Positions 30,160 to 38,931 of a stretch of 64,000 nt of DNA are shown here, piece by piece; the stretch's first letter is position 1; each line of letters starts with the position of its first letter. The position numbers and the translations under genes are program-made. Source of the stretch: an uncultured Oscillospiraceae bacterium (GTDB taxonomy: Bacteria > Bacillota > Clostridia > Christensenellales > QALW01); assembly GCA_964492705.1 (NCBI GenBank), contig CAZBLS010000001.1:5281-69280 (forward strand), in the 5' to 3' direction. The notes beneath the pieces were generated by a model. That model was not told the origin of the DNA and searched no databases. It saw only the letters and a list, made by a program, of their open reading frames with translations.

Positions 30160-30506
30160 TCAGCCGTTATTTTCTTCAAGCCGCTCGGGCACGCTGTGTG
30201 AAATATCCGCCGCCAAATGCATTATGGATATCATATTTTCAAATACGTCGTCGGAAACGTCAAAACATTAATAATTTTTCGTTCCGTCCTTGCGCACCTT
30301 AACTATGCGGCATTTTTCAGTATCTGCAAATGATGTGAAACCGACGGACGGAAAAGGTTCGTTTTTTCGGCTAATGTACCCCTTACTCCTCCACACTCGC
30401 CTATCTTCATCATTTCCAAAATCATATGCTGTCTTGTTTCATCTTCCCATGCAGTTAATATTTTTGTTCAGTCCCCCCCGTGCAAGTTCGCCGATTTTTT
30501 ATCCAT
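30160..30506 (-). pseudogene. ArsR/SmtB-family transcriptional regulator pseudogene
   Basis: My own translation gives MDKKSANLHGGD*TKILTAWEDETRQHMILEMMKIGECGGVRGTLAEKTNLFRPSVSHHLQILKNA, then a frameshift, then IVKVRKDGTKNY*CFDVSDDVFENMISIMHL...ERLEENNG*. The wHTH signature (..TR..IL..L....V..L......S...VSHHL..L...G.V..R..G....Y) is clear. The lesions are an in-frame TGA (30470-30468), a 1-nt frameshift near 30305 and an in-frame TAA. It ends 24 nt before the nitroreductase ATG. Confidence 0.55.
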
Positions 30507-30594
30507 TGTAAACCTTTCAGTGTTAATTTTTATTTGTTCAATGCAAAAACCGCATTGTTGCATTATTTTGCTTTATTATTACTTTTTTGAATAT

Positions 30595-30648
30595 AGCCGA
30601 CAGGCTGTGAAAAGTTTTGTGTAGCAAAACTTTGCGTGTATATTATAA
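30595..30648 (+). repeat. 54-bp direct repeat, copy 1 (two hairpins)
   Basis: AGCCGACAGGCTGTGAAAAGTTTTGTGTAGCAAAACTTTGCGTGTATATTATAA. It contains CAGCC-gaca-GGCTG and AAAGTTTTG-tgtag-CAAAACTTT. Confidence 0.8.
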
Positions 30649-30726
30649 TTCAAGCAAAAATTCTTGCTTGCAACGGAATTTTTGCGACGGATTTCAATCT
30701 TACGCCGTGAACCGCAGGGTCACGTC

Positions 30727-30780
30727 AGCCGACAGGCTGTGAAAAGTTTTGTATAGCAAAACTTTGCGTATATATTATAA
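30727..30780 (+). repeat. 54-bp direct repeat, copy 2
   Basis: Identical to copy 1 except for two G-to-A differences (GTATAG, GCGTATA). It lies 132 bp downstream of copy 1. Confidence 0.8.
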
Positions 30781-30820
30781 CACATATTTCCCATCATTCA
30801 CTATCCATAAAGAAAATCTA

Positions 30821-30850
30821 TACGAATAAAACGGCACAAAACGCCGTTTT
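30821..30850 (-). terminator. terminator of the infB-ribF operon
   Basis: AAAACGGC-gttttgt-GCCGTTTT hairpin overlapping the ribF stop, followed by ATTCG. The T tract is mostly within the stem. Confidence 0.45.
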
Positions 30851-31718
30851 ACAGTTTCTTTATTATTCCGTCGGTGAGCATTGCATCAAGAGTGAGTTGC
30901 TCTTTTAACGATTTCACCGAACCGAAATTTTTTTCGTCCCTTAAATGTTTAACAAACTCTATTTTCACATTTTTGCCGTAAACGTCGCCGTTAAAACCGA
31001 GAATATGTGTTTCCACCGATATTTTACCCGTGTCGGAAACGGTGGGGTTTGTACCAACGTTAGTCATTCCCTTATATTTTTTTCCGTTAAAAGTGCAAAT
31101 GCTTGCATACACACCTGCACGGGGAAGCATTTTTCCCTTAACGGTTTCGGTGTTTACCGTAGGAAATCCGATAGAATGTCCGATATGTCTGCCGTGCACC
31201 GTTGCACCGCTTACTGAATAATGTCTCCCCAATAGGGACGTCGCTTCTTCAATATTCCCCTCGGTCAGCGCATTGCGAATTTCTGTGGAAGACACGATCT
31301 TTCCGCCGTACTGTTGAGGCGGAACGGTAATTACCTTAAAATTCAACTCTTTTCCGAAAAGACAAAGATCCTTGCAACTGCCCGATGCATTTTTCCCGAA
31401 CTTATGGTTAAAACCCACCACCGTTGCGCACGGATTAAATTTTGCGCAAAGAAAATCTATATATTCTTTCGGCGAAAGGGATGAAATACTTTTGCCGAAC
31501 TTTTGCATAAAAACTTCATCCGCACCGTTTAAGATAAGCAGTTCTTCCTTTTCTTTGGGCAAGGTAAGAACAGTATCGGTTCCGTTAAAATATGCAGATG
31601 GCGGAATATCGAAAGTGCAGGCGATAACTCTTCCGCCGATTTTTTTTGCCTCGTTTATCAGTGTCGCATGTGCTCTGTGCACACCGTCAAAAGTACCCAA
31701 AACAAGTATATTGCTCAT
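30849..31718 (-). CDS. ribF: bifunctional riboflavin kinase / FMN adenylyltransferase
   Basis: LGTFDGVHRAH N-terminus, C-terminal kinase domain GFPTVN...PRAGVY. 289 aa. Confidence 0.9.
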   Translation of the reverse strand: MSNILVLGTFDGVHRAHATLINEAKKIGGRVIACTFDIPPSAYFNGTDTVLTLPKEKEELLILNGADEVFMQKFGKSISSLSPKEYIDFLCAKFNPCATVVGFNHKFGKNASGSCKDLCLFGKELNFKVITVPPQQYGGKIVSSTEIRNALTEGNIEEATSLLGRHYSVSGATVHGRHIGHSIGFPTVNTETVKGKMLPRAGVYASICTFNGKKYKGMTNVGTNPTVSDTGKISVETHILGFNGDVYGKNVKIEFVKHLRDEKNFGSVKSLKEQLTLDAMLTDGIIKKL

Positions 31719-32596
31719 TTTATTTCACCCAAAAAGCACTTGTTGTAAATTTTGCCTTTTTCCCTTTTGCCTATGCCGAAAAAATCGCCGTTACACCAAA
31801 GTTGCATATAACCGTCGGTTAAACTTTCGGCAAATTTTTCGTCTACGGGGTTTCCGTTGGTCAATGCTTTATGGCAGAAAGGGTCAATTTCACATCTGTG
31901 CATATATGCAATTGAGCCTGTTATAGGGGTAATAAAAGAATAATCGTTAAGTTTTACACGCTCTTCTATTTCCTTTATTTTCAATGCACCGTCGATATTC
32001 AGCCCTGCTGCCGAAGTACGGAGAAGATGCTCCATATATGCTCCGCAACCGAGTTTTTGCCCTATATCGTGGCAGATAGTGCGAATATAAGTACCCTTAC
32101 CGCATTCAACCGTCAAGTCACAGCCGTTTTCTTTAAAATCGCCCGTGCGCTTTGCGGAATAAACTTTCACTTTTCTTGCTTCTATTTCGGCTGTTTGCCC
32201 AAGCCTTGCAAGTTCGTAAAGTCTTTTTCCGTCCTTATGAATTGCCGAATACATAGGGGGGATTTGCAATATATCGCCGTTAAATTCCTCAATTACACCG
32301 TCAAGTTCTTCAAGAGAAAATTCGGGAGTGCACCGAGTCAAGACTTTTCCGCTTCCGTCCTGCGTATCTGTGGTTTTTCCGAAGACGATATGTGCCTTAT
32401 ACGTTTTGGGAAATTCGGTTAAAAAATCAAAAAGTTTGGTTGCACGACCCACGCAGACCGCAAGAACGCCCTCCGCATCGGGGTCAAGTGTTCCGCAATG
32501 ACCTATGCGCCTTTCGTGCAAAACGCCTTTAAGTTTATTTACAACGTCACCGCTCGTCCAGCCGGCTTCCTTGTAAACGTTAATAACGCCCTCCAT
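31715..32596 (-). CDS. truB: tRNA pseudouridine(55) synthase
   Basis: GHCGTLDPDAEGVL catalytic Asp motif. Canonical operon position. Confidence 0.9.
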   Translation of the reverse strand: MEGVINVYKEAGWTSGDVVNKLKGVLHERRIGHCGTLDPDAEGVLAVCVGRATKLFDFLTEFPKTYKAHIVFGKTTDTQDGSGKVLTRCTPEFSLEELDGVIEEFNGDILQIPPMYSAIHKDGKRLYELARLGQTAEIEARKVKVYSAKRTGDFKENGCDLTVECGKGTYIRTICHDIGQKLGCGAYMEHLLRTSAAGLNIDGALKIKEIEERVKLNDYSFITPITGSIAYMHRCEIDPFCHKALTNGNPVDEKFAESLTDGYMQLWCNGDFFGIGKREKGKIYNKCFLGEIK

Positions 32597-33540
32597 TAAA
32601 GCACCTCGCCGATTTTATCCAATATTTTACGGATAACTTCCTCTCGGGTACCGTAAAGTGTTGCACCGGAAGCAAGTTTGTGTCCGCCTCCTCCGAAAGA
32701 CACACATATTGCCGAAACATCTCTGTCGCCCTTTGACCGCATACTCAATTTATATCCCTCGGGAATTTGCCGTATAAAAAATGCAATTTCGGTATTTTCC
32801 ACAGCACGGCACATTTCAACAGAGCCTTCCGAATCGGAAGAATCCGCTTCAAATTCCGCATAATCCTCACTATCCAAATAAGTATACGTTACAAGTCCGC
32901 CGTATTCTTGGCGAATATGCTCCGCCGCACGCCCTTTAAGCAAGGTGCGTTTAAGCGTTGTGGTTTGGAACAGTGTGGAAATTATTTCATCCTGTTTTAT
33001 TCCGTAAGCGTACAGCCGTGCAGTATCTTCCACGTCCTTTTGCGTAACGCCCGCATATGAAAGTCTGCCCGTATCGGTGGATATTCCCACATAAAGCGCT
33101 CTCGCAATCTCCCTGTCAAGAGGAATGCCCATTTCATCGGCAAGTTCCAAAACCGCAAAGGCATTTGCACTGCGATCACGGATAACGTTTACCTGCGCAA
33201 ACCCCGTATTGGTTGCGTGGTGGTCTATCTGTGCCTTGCGAGGAATTCTTTCAAACAGTTTTATGCAGTTTCCCATTCTGTCAATACTCGAAACATCCAC
33301 CGCAATAACGCTGTCAAAACTGTCAAGATCAATATTCTTTTTTGTCAGCGATGCTATCTCTTCTATCTTCATACAGTTTTCGGGAATATTTCCCTCACAA
33401 AACCATCTTCCCCTCTTGCCTGTTTTTTCAAGCAAGAATATAAGTGCGGCGGCACTGCCGAGAGTGTCGCCGTCGGGTGAAATATGTGAGATTATCGCAA
33501 AGTCGGAACCGTTTTTTATAAATTCCGCAAGATTTCTCAT
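32596..33540 (-). CDS. nrnA: DHH-family phosphoesterase (NrnA-like oligoribonuclease / pAp phosphatase)
   Basis: HISPDGDTLGS, DHH (IDHHATN) and GGGH motifs. Confidence 0.75.
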   Translation of the reverse strand: MRNLAEFIKNGSDFAIISHISPDGDTLGSAAALIFLLEKTGKRGRWFCEGNIPENCMKIEEIASLTKKNIDLDSFDSVIAVDVSSIDRMGNCIKLFERIPRKAQIDHHATNTGFAQVNVIRDRSANAFAVLELADEMGIPLDREIARALYVGISTDTGRLSYAGVTQKDVEDTARLYAYGIKQDEIISTLFQTTTLKRTLLKGRAAEHIRQEYGGLVTYTYLDSEDYAEFEADSSDSEGSVEMCRAVENTEIAFFIRQIPEGYKLSMRSKGDRDVSAICVSFGGGGHKLASGATLYGTREEVIRKILDKIGEVL

Positions 33541-33905
33541 TTTTCTTCCTCTTTGCTGTTGATTTTGTTCAATATTTCACTGATGTGAATACTGTATTCA
33601 ATGGAATCATCCGCTATAAGCGTTAATTCGGGCATCTTGCGGACACTTATATATTCCGAAAGTTGCCTTTTCATAAAGCCTTTTGCCGCTTCAAGTCCCA
33701 AAAGTGTCTGTTTTCTTTCTTCTTCCGTACCCAAAACCGTAACATAGACTTTGCAATACTGCAAGTCATTGGAAAGTTCGGTTTTAACGATACTGCACAT
33801 CGGACTTATCCGAGGATCGTGCAGGTCGTTTCTTATTATATCCGCAAGTGCACGTTGGATTTCCAAACCCAACCTGTCCGAACGTTTATACTGCATGGTA
33901 TTCAC
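33537..33905 (-). CDS. rbfA: ribosome-binding factor A
   Basis: RSDRLGLEIQRALADII...DPR...VKTELSNDLQYCKVYV. 122 aa. Confidence 0.9.
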   Translation of the reverse strand: MNTMQYKRSDRLGLEIQRALADIIRNDLHDPRISPMCSIVKTELSNDLQYCKVYVTVLGTEEERKQTLLGLEAAKGFMKRQLSEYISVRKMPELTLIADDSIEYSIHISEILNKINSKEEEK

Positions 33906-33923
33906 CGATTCCTTTCATTAAAA

Positions 33924-36593
33924 TCAGCGTGCTATTTCCTCCATAACGAACGCTTCGATAACGTCACGTTCCTTAATATCGTTATAGCCCACTATACCTA
34001 TACCGCACTCATAGCCCGTGGCAACTTCCTTAACGTCATCCTTAAACCTGCGGAGCGATTCAACTTCGCCCTCGTGAATAACGATATTGTCACGCAGCAA
34101 CCTGAGTTTTGCGCTTCTTGTAATCTTTCCGTCGGTAACGTAACTTCCCGCAACGGTGCCGTGACCGGGAACCTTGAACGTTTGGCGAACTTCGGCGTGA
34201 CCGAGAATAACTTCCCTGTATTCCGGTGCAAGCATACCTTTCATCGCCTTTTCCACATCTTCGATAGCATCATAAATTATCCTGTAAAGACGGATATCTA
34301 TCTTTTCTTTTTCAGCCATAGTGCGTGCCGTGGAATCGGGACGTACGTTAAAGCCGATTATTATGGCATTGGACGCCTGTGCAAGGATAACGTCGGAACT
34401 TGTTATGGCACCTACCGCTCCGTGAATTGCCGAAACTTTAACTTCCTCATTGCTGAGTTTTTCAAGTGCCTGTTTAACTGCTTCCACACTACCCTGTACG
34501 TCGGCTTTGATAATAAGGTTAAGTTGCTTCATTTCGCCTTCCTGTATCTGTGCGAACAAGTCGTCAAGGGAAGCCATACTCTTTGCCTTTGCCTGTGCAA
34601 TCTTAATCTTATCTCTTCTCTCTTCCGCAACCTGACGGGAAAGTTTATCGTCTTCGGTAGCGAAAAGTTGGTCGCCTGCATCGGGAACTTCGTTAAATCC
34701 GAGCACCTCAACAGGTGTGGAGGGAGGAGCAACATTAACTTTTTCGCCCTTATCGTTTACCATTGCACGTACTCTGCCGAATACCGTTCCGGCAACAATG
34801 GTATCGCCTACTTTAAGGGTACCGTTTTGCACAAGTACGGTTGCAACGGGACCTCTGCCCTTATCGAGTTTTGCTTCTATAATTATACCCTTTGCCGTAA
34901 GGTCGGGGTTGGCTTTAAAATCCTCTATTTCGGCAACAAGAAGGATCATTTCCAAAAGTTTATCAATACCCTCTTTTGTATAAGCCGACACGGGAACAAC
35001 TATTGTATCTCCGCCCCAATCCTCGGGAACAAGTTCGTACTGCGTAAGTTCCGTCTTAACTCTCTCGGGGTCGGCAGTGGGTTTATCCATTTTGTTTATG
35101 GCAACTATTATCGGCACTTTTGCCGCCTTTGCGTGGTTGATTGCTTCAACCGTTTGGGGCATAACACCGTCATCCGCCGCAACTACTATAATCGCAATAT
35201 CCGTTGACTGTGCACCTCTTGCACGCATCGAAGTAAAGGCTTCGTGTCCGGGAGTATCGATAAACGTTATCTTTTTGCCGTCATTTTCAACCTGATAAGC
35301 ACCTATGTGCTGTGTAATACCGCCTGCTTCGCCGGAAGTTACGTTTGCATGGCGTATAGCGTCAAGCAAAGAAGTTTTACCGTGGTCAACGTGACCCATA
35401 ACGGTAACAACAGGAGGACGGGTAACGTAACCTTCTCCGTCTTTTTCGCCCTCGTCAACGGTATCGTTAAGCGCATCTTCAAAGGTTTTGGTAAGTTTCT
35501 GTTCAAGTTCGATACCGTATTCCGAAGCAACCATAAATGCCGTTTCGTAATCTATCTCTTGGTTGACGGTAGCCATAGTACCCATCATAAAGAGTTTCTT
35601 TACTATATCCGCCGCAGGCTTACCCAACTTTTCCGAAAGATCCTTTATCATTATGGTTTCCGTAGTCATTACGGCGCTCTCGATAACGATAGGCTCTATT
35701 ACCCTCTTGGTTTCCTTTTTATCCTTTTTGGGTTTGCGTACACGGAAGAACTCGTCATCCTCACCGAAGTTTTGCGGACGGCGGTTGCTGTCCTTTTTAA
35801 CATTCTTGGGAGTCTGCTCGTTATCGTGATTTTTGCGGTAATTCTTTTTGTTGGGATCGTAATTGCTTACTCTCTCTTTTTCTATCGATTGCAATACCGG
35901 TGCGCCTGCCAACGGGCTCTTTTGAGGACGCTGTCCGATCCTCTGTTGCGTGTTTTGACGCCTGTTGTCGCCGTCGCCCTTATCGAAACCGTCTTTGCGG
36001 AATTCGGGTTTGCTGTATGGCGGACGCTGTCCGTTGCCCTGACGGTTACCGTCTCTGAAATTCGGTCTTCCGTCCTTATTGAAATTGCCGTTCCTATCAG
36101 TGCCGGTTCTGCCGTCACCTGCATTTTTACGGAAATTATCCCTATTCTCGCTTCTGCCGTCGGTTCTGTTATCATTTCTGCGAGTGAAGTTGCCCTGTGC
36201 GGTGCGTTCACTGCGCTCGGTACGGTCTGTGCGCTCATTACGTTCGGGTTTCTTTTCAGTTGCCTGTTTTTGCTCTTTTTCGGCTTTTTTCTCTTCGGCG
36301 ACTTTCTTTTCTTCCGCCGCCTTTTTCTCTTCGGCGGCTTTCTTTTCTTCTTCCGCCTTGCGTACTTTCTCCGCTTCCTCAGCCTCTTCACGTGCACGCT
36401 GAGCCTCATATTCAAGACGAGCCTTTTCCTGTTCTGCTCTTTCCTGTTCTTTCCGTGCGTCCTCAGCCTTTTTTTCGACTTCGGCATACTTTTCTTTCAA
36501 TATGCGTTTTTGCGCATCAAGATTGTTTTTTGCCTTGCCTATTTTTTCAATTATAACCTTGCCCGTGTTACGGATATCTGCTGATTTACTCAT
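33924..36593 (-). CDS. infB: translation initiation factor IF-2
   Basis: G-domain [21 protein letters not shown]. 889 aa with a K/E/R-rich repetitive N-terminal region. Confidence 0.97.
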   Translation of the reverse strand: MSKSADIRNTGKVIIEKIGKAKNNLDAQKRILKEKYAEVEKKAEDARKEQERAEQEKARLEYEAQRAREEAEEAEKVRKAEEEKKAAEEKKAAEEKKVAEEKKAEKEQKQATEKKPERNERTDRTERSERTAQGNFTRRNDNRTDGRSENRDNFRKNAGDGRTGTDRNGNFNKDGRPNFRDGNRQGNGQRPPYSKPEFRKDGFDKGDGDNRRQNTQQRIGQRPQKSPLAGAPVLQSIEKERVSNYDPNKKNYRKNHDNEQTPKNVKKDSNRRPQNFGEDDEFFRVRKPKKDKKETKRVIEPIVIESAVMTTETIMIKDLSEKLGKPAADIVKKLFMMGTMATVNQEIDYETAFMVASEYGIELEQKLTKTFEDALNDTVDEGEKDGEGYVTRPPVVTVMGHVDHGKTSLLDAIRHANVTSGEAGGITQHIGAYQVENDGKKITFIDTPGHEAFTSMRARGAQSTDIAIIVVAADDGVMPQTVEAINHAKAAKVPIIVAINKMDKPTADPERVKTELTQYELVPEDWGGDTIVVPVSAYTKEGIDKLLEMILLVAEIEDFKANPDLTAKGIIIEAKLDKGRGPVATVLVQNGTLKVGDTIVAGTVFGRVRAMVNDKGEKVNVAPPSTPVEVLGFNEVPDAGDQLFATEDDKLSRQVAEERRDKIKIAQAKAKSMASLDDLFAQIQEGEMKQLNLIIKADVQGSVEAVKQALEKLSNEEVKVSAIHGAVGAITSSDVILAQASNAIIIGFNVRPDSTARTMAEKEKIDIRLYRIIYDAIEDVEKAMKGMLAPEYREVILGHAEVRQTFKVPGHGTVAGSYVTDGKITRSAKLRLLRDNIVIHEGEVESLRRFKDDVKEVATGYECGIGIVGYNDIKERDVIEAFVMEEIAR

Positions 36594-36922
36594 TGTCTAC
36601 CCCCAAAAAGGTTTATCTCTTTTATTATCGCTGCGGCAAATCCCGCATCGGTAATGCATACGGTTTTTTTCTCTTTCCTGCCTACGGCTTCGCCCATTTT
36701 ACCGTCGTCGTCAAGCATAAAGCAGGGAATATTGCGATACGAAGCCATATCGGAAAAATGTTTTACGCTGTTTTTACCGGTATCGCCTGCCAATAGCACC
36801 AAGCGTGCCTGCATATTTTTAATTGCCGCTTCCGCATTTTGACTTCCGCATACCGCCTTGCCCGCTTTTTGAGCAAGACCCAAATATGACAGAAGTTTTT
36901 GTGTTGCCGCAACTTTCTCCAT
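36590..36922 (-). CDS. ylxQ: L7Ae-family RNA-binding protein YlxQ
   Basis: [13 protein letters not shown]...ARLVLLAGD pattern. Position between ylxR and infB. Confidence 0.75.
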   Translation of the reverse strand: MEKVAATQKLLSYLGLAQKAGKAVCGSQNAEAAIKNMQARLVLLAGDTGKNSVKHFSDMASYRNIPCFMLDDDGKMGEAVGRKEKKTVCITDAGFAAAIIKEINLFGGRQ

Positions 36923-37194
36923 TACTTACCCTCTGTTTCCGCTTCAAGCATTTGAAGCATTTCATCGGAAATTTCGGTTTCAAGCGCACGGGAGATCGCC
37001 CTGCTTTTTACCGCACGGCGCAAGCATTCCTTATCTCTGCAAACATACACGCCCCTGCCGGAAACCTTGCCTTTAAGGTCAATCTTCACTTCGCCCTCGG
37101 GAGTACGTACCACCCGTATCATTTCCGCTTTGGGTTTGCACTCTCTGCATCCCGAACACGTACGCATAGGAATTTTCTTAGTTTTCAACTTCAT
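36922..37194 (-). CDS. ylxR: YlxR/RnpM (DUF448) RNA-binding protein
   Basis: PMRTCSGCRECKPKAEMIRVV...GRGVYVC signature. Confidence 0.8.
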   Translation of the reverse strand: MKLKTKKIPMRTCSGCRECKPKAEMIRVVRTPEGEVKIDLKGKVSGRGVYVCRDKECLRRAVKSRAISRALETEISDEMLQMLEAETEGK

Positions 37195-38269
37195 CTTCCT
37201 CTGAATCCGATACCTGCCCGTTCACTTGAACTTGACTTTCGGATTTAATATCGATATTCCAACCTGTAAGTTTTGCGCAAAGCATAGCGTTCTGGCCCCT
37301 CTTGCCGATAGCAAGTGAAAGTTGGCTGTCGGGAACAACAACGGTGGCTTTCTTTTTTTGTTCGGTCTCGTCAATGCTTACCGAAATCACCTTTGAGGGG
37401 CTGAGTGCATTGGCAATATAAGTTACGGGATCTTCGCTCCATTTTATTATATCGATTTTTTCGTCGTTTATTTCATTTACCACGTTGGCAACACGTATTC
37501 CCTTTTGACCTACGCAAGCACCCAACGGATCAATTCCCGAATCCTCACTGTATACGGCTATCTTACTCCTTGAACCTGCATCCCTTGCAAGAGACTTGAT
37601 TACTACCGTGCCGTCTGCGATCTCGGGAACTTCAAGTTCGAAAAGGCGCTTAATAAGTTGCGGATGAGTTCTCGAAACCGTTACTGCGGCACCGTACTGT
37701 GCTTTTTTAACTTCCGAAACGTAAACTTTGAGTTTTGTGCCGGGAGTGTAGTTTTCACCTGCAATCTGCTCTTTCGGGGGGATTATGCCCTCCATTTTAC
37801 CCAGTTCCACATATACGTAGCCGTTTTCCGTCCTCTGAACGGTCGCAGTCATAAGTTCGCCCTCTTTATCGGCATATTCGGAATACATCTTGCCCTTTTC
37901 AGCCTCACGCAAACGCTGTGTTATAACCTGTCTTGCTGTCTGTGCGCCGATACGGCCGTAATTCTCGGGTGTATCTTCAACTTCAACCGTTTCGTCCAAC
38001 TGTGCGTCGGGGCGTATTTCCCTTGCATCTTCAAGTGAAATTTCAAGCAAGTTATCGTACACGTCTTCAACAACGGTTTTAACTATGTAACAGCGTACGT
38101 CACCCGTTTCTCTGTCCATATGGGCAACAACCGTTGCCGCATCGCCGTACTCTCTTACTTTTTTGTATGCCGATACCATTGCAAGTTCCACAGACTCAAA
38201 CAGCATCTCCGCATCTATACCCTTTTCCTGTTCAAGCATTTTTATAGCAGTTATAAGTTCCGAATTCAT
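37178..38269 (-). CDS. nusA: transcription termination/antitermination factor NusA
   Basis: N-terminal domain, S1 and two KH domains (ACVGQKGIRV, AIGKRGQNA). 363 aa. Confidence 0.95.
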   Translation of the reverse strand: MNSELITAIKMLEQEKGIDAEMLFESVELAMVSAYKKVREYGDAATVVAHMDRETGDVRCYIVKTVVEDVYDNLLEISLEDAREIRPDAQLDETVEVEDTPENYGRIGAQTARQVITQRLREAEKGKMYSEYADKEGELMTATVQRTENGYVYVELGKMEGIIPPKEQIAGENYTPGTKLKVYVSEVKKAQYGAAVTVSRTHPQLIKRLFELEVPEIADGTVVIKSLARDAGSRSKIAVYSEDSGIDPLGACVGQKGIRVANVVNEINDEKIDIIKWSEDPVTYIANALSPSKVISVSIDETEQKKKATVVVPDSQLSLAIGKRGQNAMLCAKLTGWNIDIKSESQVQVNGQVSDSEEDEVEN

Positions 38270-38284
38270 TTTTTCCTCCCAAAA

Positions 38285-38743
38285 TCAAAACCCGATATAA
38301 GGTCTTACTACGTCAGTATTGTTTTTATCAAAAACGGTTTCTTCCCCGTCAATAAGTAATGTAACGGTTTCACTGTCCGCTTTTACAAGTTCGCCAACGA
38401 ACTTCTTTTTCTTACCCTGAACTGCTTTTTTAAGTTTCAGTTCAACTTCCTTGCCGATATTCCTTTCAAAATCCCTTTCTTTTTTCAGGGGACGGTCCCC
38501 CCAAGTACTTACGCACAGACAGTAAGGTCTGCCCGAAGTGGGATTTGCCTCTTCCACGGCGTCTTCAATGGCACGGGATACCGTTTCGCAATCGTCGATA
38601 TTCACGCCATTATCCGAACATATGTAAAAATTAAGGCACATCTGCCCCTCTTCTCTGACATATTCCGTATCAGCCATTTCAAAGCCGAGATCTTCAATTA
38701 TCTTGCGAGCCGCATTCCCCGCAACGGTAGCCACATCAGCCAT
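38285..38743 (-). CDS. rimP: ribosome maturation factor RimP
   Basis: 152 aa, first gene of the nusA operon. LGFEMADTEYVREEGQMCLNFYI pattern. Confidence 0.85.
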   Translation of the reverse strand: MADVATVAGNAARKIIEDLGFEMADTEYVREEGQMCLNFYICSDNGVNIDDCETVSRAIEDAVEEANPTSGRPYCLCVSTWGDRPLKKERDFERNIGKEVELKLKKAVQGKKKKFVGELVKADSETVTLLIDGEETVFDKNNTDVVRPYIGF

Positions 38744-38756
38744 AGTATTCCTCTTT

Positions 38757-38791
38757 CAAAAAGCAAGAGTGGGACGTACGGTGCCCACTCT
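38757..38791 (-). terminator. terminator-like hairpin in the rimP-nusA leader
   Basis: Minus strand AGAGTGGG-caccgtacgt-CCCACTCT followed by TGCTTTTTG. It ends 14 nt before the rimP ATG and lies downstream of the candidate promoter at 38816-38844. Confidence 0.55.
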
Positions 38792-38815
38792 CTCATAGAA
38801 GTATTGTGCGTTAAT

Positions 38816-38844
38816 ATAATAACATAGTACCGAAAAAAAAGCAA
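38816..38844 (-). promoter_or_regulatory. candidate promoter of the rimP-nusA-infB operon
   Basis: Minus strand TTGCTT (38844-38839), 17-nt spacer, TATTAT (38821-38816). Confidence 0.4.
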
Positions 38845-38931
38845 TCGTTTTTTAAAAAAAGTTTTTTTATGTGCGTTTTAATGCAATATTTTGCTTTTTT
38901 TGCGTTTTATGCCGTAAATAACGTTATTTTG

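Noticed and set aside
27968-30506. In-frame TAG, TAA and TGA codons as evidence of an alternative genetic code or a selenocysteine/pyrrolysine site
   Set aside because: All three codons terminate well-conserved genes at their expected ends in this window: prfA ends in TAA, radA in TGA and the sugar isomerase in TAG. RF1 is encoded here. The interrupted genes also carry frameshifts. Pseudogenisation is the simpler reading.
30290-30511. 73-aa plus-strand ORF
   Set aside because: It lies antisense to the recognisable ArsR-type pseudogene. It has no RBS and no motif.
36200-36420. Short tandem nucleotide repeats (15-nt periodicity) that could look like a repeat array
   Set aside because: They encode the [10 protein letters not shown] low-complexity repeats of the IF-2 N-terminal region. 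There is no spacer structure, so this is not a CRISPR array.
33663-36584. Two very long plus-strand ORFs (514 aa and 446 aa) covering rbfA and infB
   Set aside because: They are antisense to infB, which is unambiguous from its GTPase motifs. Their translations are low-complexity (F/L/C/S-rich) and lack an RBS. They are a codon-composition artefact of the K/E/R-rich IF-2 frame.
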